Below the pieces are notes generated by a model that saw only the letters and a list, made by a program, of their open reading frames with translations, was not told where the DNA came from and did no database searches. From Ginkgo biloba (lineage: Eukaryota > Plantae > Ginkgophyta), in NCBI GenBank assembly GCA_024626585.2, contig JANKJI020000002.1, positions 250,687,112 to 250,702,837 of the forward strand: 15,726 nt of DNA, in the 5' to 3' direction. Shown one piece after another: positions 10,443 through 15,726 of the stretch. Numbering within the stretch: the first letter of the stretch is position 1; every line of letters starts with the position of its first letter. The position numbers and the translations under genes are program-made.

Positions 10443-11991
10443 GTAAGTATGTCTGACCTACATGGATTATTTCAATAGATGATTATCACTGTTTACAGTG
10501 TACTGTGATTATGTTTTGGATTGCAGTAGGTGTCATTGATAGAATAGCATGAAATAGGTGAGATTGGTCCACCAGGGTGATTGAGGCTCTGGTTACCCTT
10601 TGTTGTAGAACACATTGTGCATGGATTACAAGCATATATTTGGGAAGAAAGTGGAAGTGGCACTTTCAAGACTTCACTACTTGTAGGGGGTAGCAGTTTT
10701 CCCACCATACGATCAAGCCCATGTGACTGCTCTGTTCTGATGTTATTTTTAGCAAGTCAACATGTTTCAATATCAAACTTGCAACTCCAGCACAGAGCTT
10801 TGTGTCTGATTGCCACTCCTATCGTGTCAAGTGACTATGCATATGCCACGAACAGTCCAAGCCCACTTGAGAGATGAATATAGGAAAATATGCAAGAAGG
10901 TTGTGCCGGTACTGTAATAGCCAAGATCAATGCCCATAATTCAGTATCAGTTGTCTAGTTCACATCGATGGGAGAATACCCCTTAAGGTTTTAGATGTAT
11001 TATAAGTTGTTTCAGAGCTGCAGAGGAACTTTCAGCCCAAATGAATGCCTATGAATTCGAAGTTTGATGAAGAGGTGTAAGCATGGAGAACTGACTAGAA
11101 GGCACAGAAAGTGAGGTTTCCAAAATTGCCAACTCTAGGGTCCTTATTTGCACTTTCAAAGTTCATGGTTTGATCTCATTAACTATTTAGCTTTCCTGAC
11201 TGTAGTAGCCCTCCATGTATCTGTAGTGACAAATTTCAGCTGGATTCTACAGTGTTAATTATGAATGCCAAGCAACTTCTTCTCTGGTTGCCCTCTTCTA
11301 AGTAAAATGTGCTAGATGAATTCCGAGTCTGGCTGCATTTTATGATTGATGTAAATGCACTCTCTGTTTGTGTATTAACCATTAAGTGAATTCGTTACAA
11401 TTCAAAACAATATCTCAAGGCAAATAGGTTGGTCTGGCATGCTCTTATTGTTGGAGCAGTACACACGAAAACATACATTTGGTACATTTTGCATTATGAA
11501 GGGAATCAGAGTTAGATGGAACACCCTATGGTTATAAGACTCAGGTTCCTTGTTGTTGGGTCCATTTTCCGCTGGTCTTAGGGTCTATCTATTGCTGTAT
11601 GAAAGTGATATGACTACGTGGCACTTGAACAGATGACCATCCATTGGCAAGTACAACACAAGAAACCCTCTTCATCCATTGCTTATGTAATTAATGATAA
11701 GCATTGTGTTCTATTGAAGACCAAGCAGAATTGTTAAACATCTGAAGGTTCTTGATCCTAACACATCTGCTTGATTTGTAATTTGTAAACTTAAGAAAGA
11801 AACATATTCCTCTTTCAAATCATAATGAAAATAATCTTTAGTCTGCTACAGTGGCAATGCCAAAACTGTTGATTGTTGGACTATTTAGAGCATATGTTTA
11901 CTGCTGGAAGTATATAAAATCACATATCGGTTTACACATTCTTTCTCAGTTCTCTCTCTTTTGCTATTGCCTTCCAATATTGTAAATGCAG

Positions 11992-12188
11992 AGCTTATGC
12001 ACAATGGGAGTCAACACTGGAGCAGTGCCCCTATTGTGATCGCAGATTTCGACTTGAAGCATTCCAGCATCATCAAAAAGGTTGCACTGCAAAGAATCCA
12101 GCCAAAAAGGCTGGAACAGGTCTTACAACTGCTTCTCTATCTAATCGATTGCTGCCAAGCTTAATATCTGGAACTCGACGAGGATCAA
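11992..12188 (+). CDS. Internal exon B of the ZNF474-like gene, containing a complete C2HC finger
   Basis: Pyrimidine tract plus TGCAG acceptor and A|GTAAGA donor. The GA|A junction restores Glu in frame: FNDE-AYAQWESTLEQCPYCDRRFRLEAFQHHQKGCTAKNPAKKAGTGLTTASLSNRLLPSLISGTRRGS (C-x2-C-x11-H-x3-C). Confidence 0.88.
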
Positions 12189-12807
12189 GTAAGATTCTTA
12201 TTTTCTGACTGATTATTTATAGATATTCACTTTCTATCTGTCTCGAGACACCTCCAATTAATTGGAAGCCAATTTAATCAACCTGAAGTAGTTTTATTTT
12301 CTAAGCATTCCAAGCAACTTTTAAATCTAGAACATTGCTACCCACTTCCTGCATTCATCAACATCCTCCATCTCTAATTGTGTTCTGACAGCATTCTCTA
12401 GATGTTTGCACTATGTGTATGAAAATCTAACATTGCATGTTCTCATGTTTATCAACTTTCTGCGACTAAAGCCTAAACATATCTACAATTTTCATTTTTT
12501 TTGACAAAACTTCTACTAAAGCAACATATTATTTACCTTCATGCTTAAATACGAGTCAAAATTTGTTTGCTTATCTGCATCAAACCAAATAGGTGCCTAT
12601 CATCCTTGTGTAGTAATCTGCATGATTTCTTATCATCCAACTTCTTACATTTCCTTTCTGAATACCCTTGCCAACTACATCCTTGATTTTAGTGTTTACA
12701 AATTTGATTGTTTAGATCATGAATTAAAGCAATGTCACTCTTTTCAGTAGGTGATAAATGATTCATCCCTAGGCTGTTGATTGATCAAGTGAAGATTGAA
12801 TTTACAG

Positions 12808-12902
12808 AGACTAAAACTGAAGAGAATCTGAGCAGATGTACTTCACCCGGGCTAAAGGCTGACATAAATAGTGGAGGACTTCGGCAGAGCTCTGATAATA
12901 TG
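12808..12902 (+). CDS. Probable exon C of the ZNF474-like gene (low-complexity linker; if terminal, it runs to the stop at 12938)
   Basis: TTTACAG acceptor is phase-compatible with exon B (A|AG). Open frame KTKTEENLSRCTSPGLKADINSGGLRQSSDNM is followed by ATG|GTAATT. No conserved motif. Confidence 0.5.
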
Positions 12903-13754
12903 GTAATTACAGCGAGAGATATAATAGAAGTCTTGTAATCATCTTCTGAGATTCATGAGAAAAACAATCCCTTTACAAAGCATCATGAAATAGAAGTTTG
13001 TAATCCTATTTAATGTCTTTTTATTTCACTTAAAAGTCATTTTGGTTTTTTTTTGTAGCTTACTATTATACAAAAAGTTTGTGTGAGTCCTCCNNNNNNN
13101 NNNNNNNNNNNNNNNNNNNNNNNNNNNNNNNNNNNNNNNNNNNNNNNNNNNNNNNNNNNNNNNNNNNNNNNNNNNNNNNNNNNNNNNNNNNNNTCCTTTA
13201 ATTCATTTGTTCCAGCTAGTGTGAAGCATTCTTTCTTTATCAATGTTTTTGGTGACTTAATGAGATCATTTGATCACTTTGATATCCCTTGTTATACACT
13301 TTTTGATTATGGGATCATTTATTAATCATAGGCCCTAGAGGGCACTAGTTGGTACAAGGTGCAGAGACTACATGGCAGGTAGGAAAGGGGACTTTTCTAA
13401 TGTGGGATAGACTCAATTGGAAATATATATTTAGAGGAGACCTTGGCCTATCTTAATGCTATAGTATGTCAGACAAGACCAAAGCATTCGACAATGCCGC
13501 ATTAGGTGCTTCCAAGGACTTCTTTAAACAATATTTAGAAGGCATATAAGTAGGAAGTCTATAAAATAATACTTGATTTATTATGTGAAACCTTAAACTC
13601 TATTGTCAAGTGCTGAGTTACAAGACTGACAAAGTGTCCACCTCTGTCACTTGTCAACTTCAAGAGGTAACCAAACTGCATAATCAAACATCTAGACAAA
13701 AATTCTGTTGTACTTTGTGCAGAGTACAACAGACTGACCAGTCATCTAAGACTG

Positions 13755-14400
13755 AGCAATAAATTTCCATACATTTCTTTATTGCTTGTAGGTGAGTGGA
13801 CACTAGGATGTTGACTGAGCAGTCATCTAAGAACAACTTCACCCTCCTTGTCGATAACTTATCAAATAGATACAAAATAATCCTTTGAAATGTTGTTGAG
13901 GTATTACAAAGTCCAAATGGCATCTTATTATTTGCATAAATGCCATACTCTGAGACAAATGTAATTTTCAACTTATCCTCCTCTGCAATATTTATTTGAT
14001 TATATCCCGAGAATCCATCCAAGAAGGATAGCATCTTAGACCCACTGACTATTTGCAATACCTCATTTAAGAATGTAGGGGATAATTTCCCTTTGTCGAG
14101 GCCTTGTTCAGGTTCCTAAAATCCATGCAAGGTCTAATTTCCCCATTCTTTTTCCTTGTGAGAACTAGATTGGACACCAATTTGGAATGTCTAATCTAAA
14201 ATATGATCTGGGCAGATAATAACTTTTGGACTTCCTTATGGATGACAGGCTCCAACATGGGGTTGACAGGCCTTTGTTTCTGCCTAAATGTTATATTGAT
14301 TTCTCTTAGGGGTATGGCATGTGTTATGATCCTAGGATCAAATACCTTGAGGTCTTAGTAAGACTAGGCAATGATGTCCTTGTATCGTATGATAAGGGAC
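13755..14400 (-). pseudogene. Ty3/gypsy reverse transcriptase, decayed and truncated after the catalytic DD motif
   Basis: Minus strand: FRQKQRPVNPMLEPVIHKEVQKLL...RKKNGEIRPCMDFRNLNKAS.KGNYP, SFLDGFSGYNQI, KMPFGLCN...TFQR, FLDD. Confidence 0.95.
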
Positions 14401-14834
14401 CTTATGTTATCTTATTATCTTTTGGTGCAAGTGTCACCTATGTACACCTCCTGGGGTCGATCAAGAGTTCCTAAGTTGAGGGTAATTATCTCTTAGATCC
14501 TATGATTATGACCTTTGTGTCCCTCAGGTGGGATGTCTAAGTCAAAGATCCTTTCTAGGGAGACCATACTCTTTGGGATCTTATTATCCTTTAAATTTAT
14601 AGTCCCATCATCTCCTAAGTGGTTGGCATCACTCTCTAGTTCCTCAATAATGTAGTCCTTATCTTTCTTGTCGATGATTTATGCTTGGAATACATCAGAG
14701 TTCGTTAGAAATTAAATAATTTATCTATCATTGGAGAAGACCTAAAATTTATTTATGTTATCCAGAATAGAGGGATAGGGAATGATTTCCATAAAAAATT
14801 TCCTCCACTCAGTCTTGTTCAAAGGGAGTAAGTT

Positions 14835-15212
14835 GGCATCCAAGGTAGCTAACAAGCCTTCCAATCTATTTTGTACTCTTGAAATAGGAGCAATGTCAAA
14901 GGATTTGAAAGATTTGATTAAATCCCAAAACATGTGTTTATATTTTTGTAGGTACAAAATTTTTCACTGGGGTTTACTTCTTACCTAGTTAACCGCTAAC
15001 TCAGAATCCCTGAACACATGCAAGCAATTGATGTTAAAATTTAGAGTGAAACATAGTCCCAATACTAATTCCTTGTATTCAACTAAGTTATTGGTTCACA
15101 AAAATTATAATTGGTACGCATCTAAGTGATACTTACCTTGGGGGTTAACCAACACCACCCCTTGTCCTACACCTTATTTGGAGTGACCTCCATCGACCTA
15201 CATCATCCATAA
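14835..15212 (-). pseudogene. Additional (archaeal-type) RNase H domain of a Tat-lineage element
   Basis: Minus strand: LWMM*VDGGHSK*GVGQGVVLVNPQG...TNNLVEYKELVLGL...LHVFRDSELAVN*V...FWDLIKSFKSFDIAPISRVQNRLEGLLA, showing the DG, TNNxAEY, GDSEL and PRxxN motifs. Confidence 0.9.
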
Positions 15213-15329
15213 GGCATGAGGATCAAATTCTGAGAAAACTCCTTCCTCTCTAATGGTTTGGGTCGTTAGTGTACATATGCCTATGTCTATTGAGGTTAAT
15301 TTNNNNNNNNNNACTCATTCCTTATATTG

Positions 15330-15724
15330 TACTCGGTGATCAAGTGCATCATTATGGGCTCTCAATCTACTCGTATATGGTTGTTTACTCCTTTCCATGG
15401 CAACCACATATGTGAGAAATTAGTGGCCATATACCCATTGAGCAATTTTTATCGCTCCCTACTTAGAAGCATGTCATATGCATATAGGATGTCTACTACT
15501 TAAATATTAATGAATTTATTGACTCTAGGCTCTAATGCTAATTACATTTTCACATTGAGTAATTTACCTACCACCCTAACCTCTAATTTATCTAGCTGCA
15601 CCACCCTTTTATCTGACCTGATGAGGGACAAACCAAGTTTCTTGCAAACTCCTAAGGGAATTACGTTGGAAGAGGCCCTTGAGTCTACCAGGTAGTTGTG
15701 TAGATTCCTCCTAAATATTCTAAC
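15330..15724 (-). pseudogene. Retrotransposon aspartic protease (decayed; the element continues beyond the window)
   Basis: Minus strand: NLHNYLVDSRASSNVIPLGVCKKLGL (DSGAS-like active site)...VVDILYAYDMLLSRE. Confidence 0.88.
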
Positions 15725-15726
15725 AG

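Noticed and set aside
11016-11076. Possible stop-containing cassette exon in the A-B intron (TTTCAG...GTAAGC)
   Set aside because: Splice-like motifs alone are common by chance, and there is no conservation evidence.
11961-12164. 67-aa plus ORF
   Set aside because: Wrong frame; the zinc-finger exon B uses a different frame over the same bases.

Overview
This window is eukaryotic (land-plant-like), AT-rich draft genomic DNA with many N gaps, several of them about 100 N (likely unknown-size joins). It is not a prokaryotic locus. Most of it is decayed Ty3/gypsy LTR-retrotransposon debris: (i) a gag with tRNA-Met PBS and LTR end (minus strand); (ii) a CRM-like chromovirus with integrase, chromodomain, PPT and two diverged LTR copies (minus); (iii) the 3' end of another element with a long decayed extra ORF, tandem repeats, PPT and LTR start (plus); (iv) an integrase remnant (minus); (v) a Tat-type pol in the order protease, additional RNase H, RT (minus). 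The main non-repeat signal is absent from the ORF track. In the gap-free block 8666-13093, plus-strand exons at 10303(10296)-10442 and 11992-12188, and probably 12808-12902, splice in frame through GT-AG introns into a ZNF474-like C2HC zinc-finger protein, a family I associate with ciliated/flagellated lineages. The retroelement types together with this gene suggest a non-flowering vascular plant, such as a gymnosperm or fern (inference only). No rRNA, tRNA or CRISPR array was seen. All family assignments come from manual translation and recalled motifs; no search was run.
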